Positions 48,059 through 56,450 of a stretch of DNA of 64,000 nucleotides are shown here, piece by piece. Numbering within the stretch: the stretch's first letter is position 1; the number at the start of each line of letters is the position of its first letter. This DNA is from a virus, in IMG/VR virus record IMGVR_UViG_3300049571_000582, positions 46,670 to 110,669 of that record; one strand, written 5' to 3'. The notes below the pieces were generated by a model. It did not search any database. It was not told the origin of the DNA and worked only from the letters and a program-made list of their open reading frames with translations. The translations under genes were made by a program, and so were the position numbers.

Positions 48059-48087
48059 GGCCCGGGGCACATCGCCCCGGGCCTCTT
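48059..48087 (+). terminator. Terminator-like hairpin
   Basis: GGCCCGGGGC-ACATC-GCCCCGGGCC followed by TCTT. Confidence 0.55.
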
Positions 48088-48104
48088 ACTTAATGGGGGG
48101 AACT

Positions 48105-48659
48105 ATGTCGACCTTGATGCAGGCACGATACATCTACGGGCTGGGCGAGGGGCGCACGGGCCGTGGAAATGGACTCGCCGACAGTGCGGACTGGACACGC
48201 CAGACGTTCCCGGATGTCGACGTCGTGATCAATGAGTATGGCGACGATGTTGCCCGGGAACTCCGCGAGAGTGCCCAGCGGGGCATCCGGCTGTTCTTCC
48301 TGGCGGGCCACAGCTTCGGTGGCGCTGCGATCATTCGGGCGGCCAAGGAGCTTGAGCAGGAACTGTCAATCCAGGTTGCGGTGCTGGTGGATCCGGTCAC
48401 CAATTTGCTCTGGGGGCAAACCAAGGCTTCTGCATGGCATGTCCAGGACAACATCCTTGATGCGATGTGCTTTTACCAGCGGCAAAGCGTGTTTCCTGTT
48501 TGCTCGAGCATGATCAGGAATCTGGGGCCGGGGCGGACCAACACCCTGGTGGATGGCCTTTCCCGGTACGAGCACTGCACGATCTGCAAGGATGAAAGGG
48601 TGCACCTGCACATTAGTTCGCAGATCACGAAGATGCATCAGCGTGCGATTGACGGGTGA
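48105..48659 (+). CDS. Small alpha/beta hydrolase
   Basis: GHSFGG nucleophile elbow, LVDPV, C-terminal His (EHCTI). Confidence 0.8.
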   Translation: MSTLMQARYIYGLGEGRTGRGNGLADSADWTRQTFPDVDVVINEYGDDVARELRESAQRGIRLFFLAGHSFGGAAIIRAAKELEQELSIQVAVLVDPVTNLLWGQTKASAWHVQDNILDAMCFYQRQSVFPVCSSMIRNLGPGRTNTLVDGLSRYEHCTICKDERVHLHISSQITKMHQRAIDG

Positions 48660-48667
48660 GCGACGGG

Positions 48668-48788
48668 AAAGGCGTACCGGGGCCGGCGGCGTTGGGATGA
48701 AACTGTTCAGGGAGTAGGAAGCTCACCTGCAGTCGCGTCTGACGCATCCTGCCAGTAAGGTCGGTGTGCCTTGCCACGGTACGCCTTT
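48668..48788. ncRNA. Candidate structured RNA (rod-like nested hairpin)
   Basis: Perfect 12-bp terminal inverted repeat AAAGGCGTACCG/CGGTACGCCTTT with nested GGATG/CATCC, ACTG/CAGT and CAGG/CCTG pairings. Confidence 0.35.
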
Positions 48789-48961
48789 AATGCCGATCAA
48801 TGACAGTCAGGTCTCCAGAAGCTTTCCTAACACAGGTGTCCAAACGTCGGACCCCACGACGTATTGCATCGACAATGCAACGCTAAGTCAACGCCCCACC
48901 CGTCACCATGAGCACATAACTTAGTTCAGTTACATACTTTATCGAAGACGTAGATATTTCC

Positions 48962-48991
48962 TTGCAATCTCATGGCAACCCACACTACACT
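48962..48991 (+). promoter_or_regulatory. Putative host sigma70-type promoter of the island
   Basis: TTGCAA-N18-TACACT, 60 nt upstream of ATG 49051. Confidence 0.4.
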
Positions 48992-49050
48992 CCCCCGTAA
49001 GCGACAATGGCTTATTTTGTGATCTGCAATGCAATTTTGGGAGAAGTGGC

Positions 49051-50610
49051 ATGGGTGTCGGGCACAAAATCACCTCCCTGACAGTTTTGACGTGTATCCT
49101 TGTTGGCCTCGTACGCGCATTTGCGGCAGCCCCCGGCACTCCTGCTCCTACCAGCACACGTCCTGCATTTGGTCCAACGCCTGCGCCACCTATTGAGCAG
49201 AACCGGTTGAATCAAACCCAGCCGGCGGAAAATGTCACCGTCGTGAGCGGCTTAGCGGGGTCAAAAGCGTTCGTGGTTTCCAAGATAGACGCCGCGCACT
49301 TTTCAGTGAACTTGTCCAAGTCGCCGTCTCCTTGGTTTTGCCTCCAAGTCCATGGTCCAGTGGGAACACTTGTCCGGATCGATTTTCTCGGCGTCACCGC
49401 GCGATATTGGGCCACCTTGAACCCCGTTGCCTGCGACACCACCAACGTCGAAGATCCAAAGAACTACGACTCCAAAGACGCAGTACACGGTGGAGGCTCT
49501 ACAGACGGTTACACCAAGGCCGCTAATGGAGCTGCAGTGCCAGATGATTCCAATCAGAAGTGGAAGTTCATTCGCGATACTTGGCACGACGGCAAGTCAA
49601 CGTTTTCAGTAGTTGTAAAACTCGACTCTGCAGATATGTGTGTTGCGATGCGGTATCCGTTTACATTTAAAATGCTACAAGACCTTCAGCAGAAGATGCT
49701 CGCGGCGAAGGATGGAGTTCTTCTAAATGCTGGAAAAACGACTAACGGATTATCGTTAGACATTATCAAGCTCGTATCAACGGATAAGGCTCCCCTGACA
49801 AAGCCGACTATACTATTTTATGGCCGCGAGCACGCAGACGAGCCAGATTCGAGTTGGGCTTGTGTTGGTGCTTACATGTTTCTCACCTCCGCAGATCCCA
49901 AAGCCATTGCGATACGCAAGGAATTTAATTTTTTATTCATTCCAATACTGGATCCTGACGGCTCTGAGAATGGTACACATGATGGGATCGGAAATTTCTT
50001 CAGTCCAATCAAAACTGTACCGGAAACTCAACAGTACGCTGCATTCTTTCATAACTATGTTAAAGACGGAAATCGCTTGGATTATGTCTTCAATCTCCAC
50101 AATGTGCAATCAAGCGAGACACCCGCTATTTCGCCCTATCTCTTTGAGCCGAAGGAAGGAAGATACGAAGATTACAACGCTTTCAATTCGATGCTGAAAG
50201 CTTCGGCGGATGGAGAATCGACGCCTTTTCGGTTTCCAACCAGGCGGGCACCCAACCGAACTGGCTATATGCCAACAAGGCTGGGCGGTTACTTGAATCA
50301 AATGTATGGCTCCTATCATTTCTTTTATGAGCTTAACGCTCAGGCACCGACGAAACACCTACTCTTATTTCGGCTCCAACAGATTGGAAAGGAGTTCGTT
50401 ACGACCTTTGCTGAATACTATAATACCGCTGGACCTCTCCAACTTCCGAATATCGACGCCCGGCTTGCACAACAGAAATCGTTTTGGACTAAATATGGGA
50501 GCGACCATGCGACGGACAATATGATTTTCTTTGAATCGTCCTGCATACTAGATGCGTCTCTTGCAGGTGAATCGGTATCTATCAAACAAGGTGCCGAACA
50601 AATTCCGTGA
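49051..50610 (+). CDS. Exported M14 zinc carboxypeptidase-like protein (CCP/Nna1-like N-domain)
   Basis: Signal peptide; GREHADE (HxxE), IPILDPDG, NLH, YELN. Confidence 0.8.
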   Translation: MGVGHKITSLTVLTCILVGLVRAFAAAPGTPAPTSTRPAFGPTPAPPIEQNRLNQTQPAENVTVVSGLAGSKAFVVSKIDAAHFSVNLSKSPSPWFCLQVHGPVGTLVRIDFLGVTARYWATLNPVACDTTNVEDPKNYDSKDAVHGGGSTDGYTKAANGAAVPDDSNQKWKFIRDTWHDGKSTFSVVVKLDSADMCVAMRYPFTFKMLQDLQQKMLAAKDGVLLNAGKTTNGLSLDIIKLVSTDKAPLTKPTILFYGREHADEPDSSWACVGAYMFLTSADPKAIAIRKEFNFLFIPILDPDGSENGTHDGIGNFFSPIKTVPETQQYAAFFHNYVKDGNRLDYVFNLHNVQSSETPAISPYLFEPKEGRYEDYNAFNSMLKASADGESTPFRFPTRRAPNRTGYMPTRLGGYLNQMYGSYHFFYELNAQAPTKHLLLFRLQQIGKEFVTTFAEYYNTAGPLQLPNIDARLAQQKSFWTKYGSDHATDNMIFFESSCILDASLAGESVSIKQGAEQIP

Positions 50611-50637
50611 TACGTTTGAAACTTATTGGAGGCTTCA

Positions 50638-51117
50638 ATGAAGTTGGTACCAAAGTTACTTTCCTTCGGTGCAATGGGCTTGCTTTGTGGGGCCGCCATG
50701 CTATCGGCCGCGGGACGACCCCAGGCAGACTCAATGGTGCTTTCGCCGGCTGAGCTTCGCGCGGTGACTGGAACGGGAGGTTGTGACGGCTACTTTACCA
50801 AAATGTCCGGTGTACAGTGCGGAGATCATGAGGTCCAACCTTGCTACGATGCATGGGGTGGCGATTGCAAAAGTCATCCTTGTGCATCGTATTGTACACT
50901 CTTGCCACCCGATCGTATGGATGTGTCTCGCGACACGCCTAATGCAATCTTGTTTCGTGGAGTAATTGGCACACCCCCGTGTGGCCTAATGGGAAGCCAA
51001 TATATTATGCGTGTCTGTACAGAAGGGCTAATTTACGGATGTAATTGTGATGGTCAGCCAGCGGGTAATCCACATCCATGTATGACTATTACGGGATGGG
51101 AAAGCGTGGGTTGTTAA
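50638..51117 (+). CDS. Cys-rich precursor protein with Sec signal and double-glycine-type leader
   Basis: GGAGG RBS; hydrophobic signal, then LSPAELRAVTGTGG, then a 111-aa core with 12 Cys. Confidence 0.75.
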   Translation: MKLVPKLLSFGAMGLLCGAAMLSAAGRPQADSMVLSPAELRAVTGTGGCDGYFTKMSGVQCGDHEVQPCYDAWGGDCKSHPCASYCTLLPPDRMDVSRDTPNAILFRGVIGTPPCGLMGSQYIMRVCTEGLIYGCNCDGQPAGNPHPCMTITGWESVGC

Positions 51118-51136
51118 TTATTCGATCGGAAGATCT

Positions 51137-52396
51137 ATGTCTAGTGCTCCTAAGTCTATTTGCCGCCGCAGCATTACTGCTGCGGCGGCGCTGGCGTGTG
51201 TGGTTGGCATGTGTATTTTCAACCAAAGAGCGCACGGGGAGGATTTAGTTCCCATCCGAGGAGTTAGTGAGGACGACCAGCCACGAGCGACTGACCAAGC
51301 CGCTCGCCTGACCAAGGATGAATTGCTAGTTGCTGTTCGCGGCTTGCGATCCCAAATTGAAGATTTTAGTGTTCAGTACACAGACAAGTCCCTTTTGGGA
51401 AGTCCCGGGGAAATTAAGGACCTTGATCATCGCTTAATCACAAAAGGTAATGTACTGTTCTATACGGAAACAAGCTACGTAGTAGGTACAGCAAAAAATC
51501 CTAAGCCCATCCGGTCAGTCGTTTCGTTTAACGGTCAGCAAGTAACTCGATTTCTGATGAACCGATCTGTGGCGCAGATTGATGAGTCTCGGGATGCGAA
51601 TAATACTCTGAAGGACTTATTTATCCTTGAAGGCAATCTAATTGCGCCGCCTTCACCTAAAGGCAGCGGATACGATGACCTTAATCTCGAATCTGCCTTA
51701 GCATCTCCTTCGGCAACTGTTCATAGTAAAATGGAATCGATTGGAACATTTGAGTGTTATGTTGTTGATGTGGCGAGTAAACGATCTGACCAACTAGAGA
51801 TGCGTACGTTTCTTGCCGAGAACTATGGTTTCGTTCCAGTTCGCACAATATACTTTTCTCACAATGTAGACCATACAAAGATGATTGAAGTTAATGCCTT
51901 GCAGATTACGTCAGTTCAAGGCAAATTCTGGTTTGCAACCCATCTGATGCGTCACTATTTTCCTTCGAATAATGGACTGCCTGAGGGGCGGGTTGAGGTG
52001 TCTACGAAAATAAAAGACGGGAAGTGTGCCATTGGAGTGAATACTGGTGTTTCGGATGAGTTTTTCGATGCATGGAAGCGGTTACCTCCGGGGACCGTAC
52101 TGAACGATTCTTCCAAAGGAACGATGACAACTGTTCAGGGCACAGACCTTAAAAAAGTTGGTGAAAACATAAAAGCATCAACCGACAGCCTTCCGCTAAG
52201 TATCCCAGAGCGTGTGGGGGCGACCGAGTCAACCGTGCCCTCGGTTGCACGCCCTCTAGCGAGCCAAGCGACCAGCAGCTTCGGGTGGCTTTCCTCTACT
52301 TTGGTTGTTGGGGCAGGCCTTGGGATAATAGGGATCTTAATTCTCTATATGCGAAAAACTGCAAATGATCAAAGTCCGACGAGGGGGAGCCAGTGA
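51137..52396 (+). CDS. Exported beta-rich protein with C-terminal membrane anchor (possibly LolA-like fold)
   Basis: Signal peptide ending AHG; SFNG, CYVVD, ENYGFVP pattern; TM helix LVVGAGLGIIGILILY followed by RK. Confidence 0.65.
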   Translation: MSSAPKSICRRSITAAAALACVVGMCIFNQRAHGEDLVPIRGVSEDDQPRATDQAARLTKDELLVAVRGLRSQIEDFSVQYTDKSLLGSPGEIKDLDHRLITKGNVLFYTETSYVVGTAKNPKPIRSVVSFNGQQVTRFLMNRSVAQIDESRDANNTLKDLFILEGNLIAPPSPKGSGYDDLNLESALASPSATVHSKMESIGTFECYVVDVASKRSDQLEMRTFLAENYGFVPVRTIYFSHNVDHTKMIEVNALQITSVQGKFWFATHLMRHYFPSNNGLPEGRVEVSTKIKDGKCAIGVNTGVSDEFFDAWKRLPPGTVLNDSSKGTMTTVQGTDLKKVGENIKASTDSLPLSIPERVGATESTVPSVARPLASQATSSFGWLSSTLVVGAGLGIIGILILYMRKTANDQSPTRGSQ

Positions 52397-54135
52397 GGCA
52401 ATCCAAATCGCCGAGTTATGTTATGGCGTCTATAGCCCAAATGCTGTTCTTGGTGCTTATTAGTTTTGGCACTTGTGGTATGGGGCCAGCAAGCCAAGAT
52501 GCGAAGAATTTGCAAGGTGCCGATCAGCGAACCTTCTGTGGTCCGATGGCGGCCGCCGGCGTGATGGGGATTCTGAATAAATCTTTTGATAATGAGGAGT
52601 TGCTGGCTCTCGTTTCCCCCGATGGCGCTACGAGCTTTCAGTCACTCTCTGAGTTCTTTGACCGTCACGGGTTGCACACATTAGGCGTCCGGCTTTCGCC
52701 GGCGCAACTGTGGAGCACTCATAACGTCGCGATCGTCCAAGTAATTAGTCCTACACAAGAAAATGCATATCACCTATGTGTGTACTGTGGGCCAGCACCC
52801 GCCGACGTTGGTAAATCTATTTATATTTTCGATCCTTATGGTATAAATGGGCTCAGAGGAGAGATGCCGTTGGAGGAGTTTTCGGAGTTATATACAGGTA
52901 AAGCATTGCTTGTGTCCACCTACCCAATCCGAGAACCGGTCGCGACCGATAATCCGCATACGTCGTTGTGGGACATCAGGAGAGTTATGATGATCTCAGG
53001 AGTGGGAGTTTTGGTAATTTTGGCCACACTTTTTTGGAAGGTTTTATTTAGACGTCGTGCTAACGCCTTTGTCTATTGCATTATCGCGGTTGGTGGCCTA
53101 GCGTGCCAGTCCTCATGGGCTGAATCGCCGCCACAGACTCAAGCCAGCACTCGGGCCGCGGCATTAGCAACATCTCCTTTTGTCGAGGGCTCTACCGAAC
53201 GGGTCATGCCGGATATATCTTTGGGCGATTCCCTGTCCGTCGACTACAAAGTCAAGAATCCAACGACGAAAGCGATAACAATTGATTTTGTCTCGATTAC
53301 GTGTAACTGCATTGCCGTTACCTCGAAGCTTCCAATGTCGTTGCCGCCAGGGGCGGAGTCGGTCTTAAACGTCAAATTTCAGCCCCGCAGCGGTGGTCCT
53401 GTCAAACAGGGGGTTTTGCTTAGTGTATCCCCGGGTATCAGGCTCCCTCTCTATGTTTCAACGGTAGTCAAGGGAGACACTAAATTCGAGCCTCGCACGT
53501 TAGACTTTGGTCGGGTGTTCAACGACGGGATAGCGGAAAGTCGCGTGCTACGTATTACCCATGTTGGTGCAATAGACGAAGGCTTCTCGGTTAAGCGTGT
53601 TACCCCAAGCGTTCCCTGGCTGAAAGTGGGGGAAATGAAAGCTGGGGCATTAACCAAGGTTGATGCGGAGGTCGCTCAGCTGGATACTGATGTGAGTATA
53701 GAGCTTCTCCCTTCGAAGATCACTAACCTGAAAGATTCTGACGTTTTTTTGGAGATACTAGCCTCGAGGACGCGTGATTCTAAAGACTTGAAGTTTTTCA
53801 TGCCTGTGTCGTTGACTGTACAGCCGCGTTTAGTTAGTTCTCCCTCCGGTGCTCTGATCAGTCAAGATCCGCTGCCGAGTGAGCTTGAATGGACATTCAC
53901 GTTGCGGGATCAGGAAGTCGCTGGTTCCCTTCCGGAGATCTCTTCGATCACCGGCGATGGCTGCTTGAGCGTAACGGGCTTTTCTACAAACAAATTGAAG
54001 GATCGCGTCCAAGTTACCGTTAAGTTGAAGGCATCGGTCGATGGTGAACGCGGCACCGGGGAAATACGTGTAATATCCCCCTCTTCGCGTGATGCGTTGC
54101 TAATACCGATGCGGTTTTTGAAGGCTAGTAAATGA
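52393..54135 (+). CDS. C39-like cysteine peptidase fused via hydrophobic segments to DUF1573-like Ig domains
   Basis: N-terminal hydrophobic segment; Q...CGP, YHLCV, IFDP...EEFSELYTG..L; central TM; ITCNC...LPPGAES. Confidence 0.82.
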   Translation: MRQSKSPSYVMASIAQMLFLVLISFGTCGMGPASQDAKNLQGADQRTFCGPMAAAGVMGILNKSFDNEELLALVSPDGATSFQSLSEFFDRHGLHTLGVRLSPAQLWSTHNVAIVQVISPTQENAYHLCVYCGPAPADVGKSIYIFDPYGINGLRGEMPLEEFSELYTGKALLVSTYPIREPVATDNPHTSLWDIRRVMMISGVGVLVILATLFWKVLFRRRANAFVYCIIAVGGLACQSSWAESPPQTQASTRAAALATSPFVEGSTERVMPDISLGDSLSVDYKVKNPTTKAITIDFVSITCNCIAVTSKLPMSLPPGAESVLNVKFQPRSGGPVKQGVLLSVSPGIRLPLYVSTVVKGDTKFEPRTLDFGRVFNDGIAESRVLRITHVGAIDEGFSVKRVTPSVPWLKVGEMKAGALTKVDAEVAQLDTDVSIELLPSKITNLKDSDVFLEILASRTRDSKDLKFFMPVSLTVQPRLVSSPSGALISQDPLPSELEWTFTLRDQEVAGSLPEISSITGDGCLSVTGFSTNKLKDRVQVTVKLKASVDGERGTGEIRVISPSSRDALLIPMRFLKASK

Positions 54136-55217
54136 AGGCATCTCTGCTCATTGTTTCAAGCCTAGCTATCTTGCTGATCGGTTTTATCTCCTGGTGTTTC
54201 TATTCCAGTGGTACCAAGCCCGTACATCGGCGATCACTGGAAGTTTCTAATGCGCTGAAAGCCCAGATCAACTTGGAAGTTCAGCGTTACAGTGATTTCG
54301 AGCTGAATGATTCAATGCCACCGTGGACTTTGATACACGGCATGATTGGGAGAAGTCACGATTTCCGCATCCGCACAAGTTCCGGCCCAAAGTTGTGCTC
54401 AGATGTGCTTTTGGACGAGCTCACCGCACATCCAAAGTACAAGCGGTCTAGACTGGTAACCCATCCTACTTACGGCTATGTCTTTTCGCACGGGCGTGAT
54501 GGCACCCCTATGGAATTCGAAGATCATCAGTCGGACTTTGTAAGTGCGTTCTTGTCATGCGGTGTGGATCTCAATCGGCGCATTGTAATTGATGATCATG
54601 CACCCAATATACGCTTATCTGACATTTGGGACACGGAGTTGCTTGGTACGAGCGGTTTTACGGATGTGAGTTGGACCGTTTGGGCGCTATTGATGAGTTC
54701 TCCAGACCGTACTTGGACGAATCGGTTTGGTGAGCGGTATTCATTAGACACACTGGTACGGCAGCACTTAGCCAATGAGGAACAAGGGGTGGCGTGCTTC
54801 GGAACCCATTGGCGAATGGGCCTTGCGCAGGTTGTCCTTTTGGGCCGGCAACATTTATCCCCTGAGACTTACCGCCTCGCTGAGAACAGGCTAGCGGAAC
54901 TCGTCGCCGTAGAGAGAAACGTTACAGCTAGTGGAATGTTTGGGGGAGCGGATTCTCGGTTGCCACCAAGTGAGGGCAATCAAGATGCAGCCTTGCTGTT
55001 GTACCAAGGACATACCCTAGAATGGCTTATGGTGGCGTTTCAGTGCTGCTCTGAAATTTCGGCTTTCGATGATGCCCAACAGTGGGTTAATAGTGGCGCT
55101 ACCGCGTTACAACACCTCTTAGGGTCTAGAAATTGCAGTGATATGAATTACGGATCATACTCACATGCAATCAACGGACTTCGCGCTTTTTTGCACAATA
55201 GCGATGGCGTAGAGTAG
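54132..55217 (+). CDS. Membrane-anchored His-rich helical protein of a family I associate with Planctomycetes
   Basis: N-terminal TM; PWTLIHG, EDH, SWT, WTNRFGE, ACFGTH, GHTLEWL, YSHA motifs. Confidence 0.65.
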   Translation: MKASLLIVSSLAILLIGFISWCFYSSGTKPVHRRSLEVSNALKAQINLEVQRYSDFELNDSMPPWTLIHGMIGRSHDFRIRTSSGPKLCSDVLLDELTAHPKYKRSRLVTHPTYGYVFSHGRDGTPMEFEDHQSDFVSAFLSCGVDLNRRIVIDDHAPNIRLSDIWDTELLGTSGFTDVSWTVWALLMSSPDRTWTNRFGERYSLDTLVRQHLANEEQGVACFGTHWRMGLAQVVLLGRQHLSPETYRLAENRLAELVAVERNVTASGMFGGADSRLPPSEGNQDAALLLYQGHTLEWLMVAFQCCSEISAFDDAQQWVNSGATALQHLLGSRNCSDMNYGSYSHAINGLRAFLHNSDGVE

Positions 55218-55399
55218 ATTCGAGTTCTTGGAACGCTTATTCGATGACGGCGGAAGAAGAGTCGACCGGCCGGGGGATCTTCATCCTGAAAACCGATACC
55301 AATCGCATGGTCCACAACCCTTCGCACGTAGAGCGTCCTTCTAACTAGACACGTCCATAAAACCCGAGCAGGTACCCAATAGGTCGCTGGTTTTTCGAC

Positions 55400-55642
55400 T
55401 TAATCTTCTTCGTCGTCGAAGAAGACATCATCGTCATCGTCATCGAACTCGTCCTCGTCCTCAAAGTCATCATCGTCGTCGTCGAGGAAGTCCTCGTCGT
55501 CGTCCAGAAGGTCGTCCTCGTCGTCATCAAGGAAATCGTCGTCGTCGAAATCCTCTTCTTCGTCTTCAAACGTGTTGGCTGTGGGGGTGGTGACCAGGAC
55601 GCCGCGGGGATCGAACTCGGACGCCACGATGGACAACGTCAT
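55400..55642 (-). CDS. Extremely acidic small protein
   Basis: AAGGAG RBS; last 55 aa almost entirely D/E with interspersed F/L. Confidence 0.75.
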   Translation of the reverse strand: MTLSIVASEFDPRGVLVTTPTANTFEDEEEDFDDDDFLDDDEDDLLDDDEDFLDDDDDDFEDEDEFDDDDDDVFFDDEED

Positions 55643-55670
55643 GCTTTGCTCCTTCTAGGAATCGCTCACT

Positions 55671-55681
55671 AGATCGGGCAA
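55671..55681 (-). promoter_or_regulatory. TTGCCCGATCT motif copy
   Basis: Exact motif 28 nt upstream of the acidic-protein ATG. Confidence 0.65.
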
Positions 55682-55733
55682 AAATGAACCGAGTTCGCCG
55701 ACCACGTTAAAAATTGTGGTCAGCGAACTCGGC
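55680..55733 (-). terminator. Long hairpin terminator
   Basis: CCGAGTTCGCTGACCAC / GTGGTCGGCGAACTCGG 17-bp stem followed by TTCATTTTT on the - strand. Confidence 0.65.
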
Positions 55734-55759
55734 TGTTGACGTGGGCAGTTGGTTGGGTC

Positions 55760-56089
55760 TTAGGGCTCTTCGCTCCTGCGGATCTCTTCCAGCGTTTCAG
55801 GATCGACGGGCGTCAAGCAGTGGACCGCCATGAACCGCTCGGCGGCCGCCTTGGCACGCAGGAAGGCCTTCTCAGGGTCGGGCTCGTCTTCGACTTTGAC
55901 CACGACGGGTGGGCCACCCTCCTCGCCGCGCCGGGTATGCACGACGGGATTGCCGAAGTAGACCGGCTCGTCGTCGACGAATTCGATCTTCACCAGCGGC
56001 CGCCGGCCGAGCTCATCTCGGTATTCAAACTCGGGATCACCCGGATCGATCCGGAAGATGCCAACGGGATTGATGCTGTGTTCATTCAT
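55760..56089 (-). CDS. Hypothetical protein
   Basis: ATG 56089 (MNEHS) after AGGAG. Confidence 0.68.
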   Translation of the reverse strand: MNEHSINPVGIFRIDPGDPEFEYRDELGRRPLVKIEFVDDEPVYFGNPVVHTRRGEEGGPPVVVKVEDEPDPEKAFLRAKAAAERFMAVHCLTPVDPETLEEIRRSEEP

Positions 56090-56108
56090 CAAATGACTCC
56101 TGTGCGTA

Positions 56109-56450
56109 TTATACACCCAGCACAAGTTGCATGTGCTGGGCGAGATGTTTGATTTTTGCCTGCTTGCCGGGGTTGTCGCCGGCGGCCTCGGCAAGCTGCT
56201 TTACCGCCTCAATGATGCCCTTGGCATTGACCTTGCCACGAGGCGAGGTGATGTCCCCACCGCATGCCAGATCTTCCAGGGTGGCCGATGCCATCAGCCG
56301 GTGAGAGAGATCCTCTGCTGCTGCCCGGGTAATCTGCTCCCAGGCGGCCTGACTGTAATGCTCGCTGATCGCCTCTGACAAAATGACGTTAAGGGATTCG
56401 ACGAGCTCTCGGCAGGCCAATGCAACGATCTTCTCTCGGCGGTCATGCAT
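56109..56450 (-). CDS. Hypothetical protein
   Basis: Overlaps the stop of the upstream gene; AAGG RBS. Confidence 0.65.
   Translation of the reverse strand: MHDRREKIVALACRELVESLNVILSEAISEHYSQAAWEQITRAAAEDLSHRLMASATLEDLACGGDITSPRGKVNAKGIIEAVKQLAEAAGDNPGKQAKIKHLAQHMQLVLGV

Larger units (their letters stand above)
48800..55320 (+). mobile_element. Lower-GC accessory island (moron) of five co-oriented envelope-protein genes
   Basis: Abrupt rise in A/T-ending codons and near-disappearance of long shadow ORFs relative to the flanks; boundaries approximate. Confidence 0.8.

Noticed and set aside
48668-48788. SRP RNA, cobalamin riboswitch or hammerhead ribozyme
   Set aside because: Only superficial resemblance (CAGG...GGAAG); conserved cores are not matched. 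Kept as an unclassified structured element.
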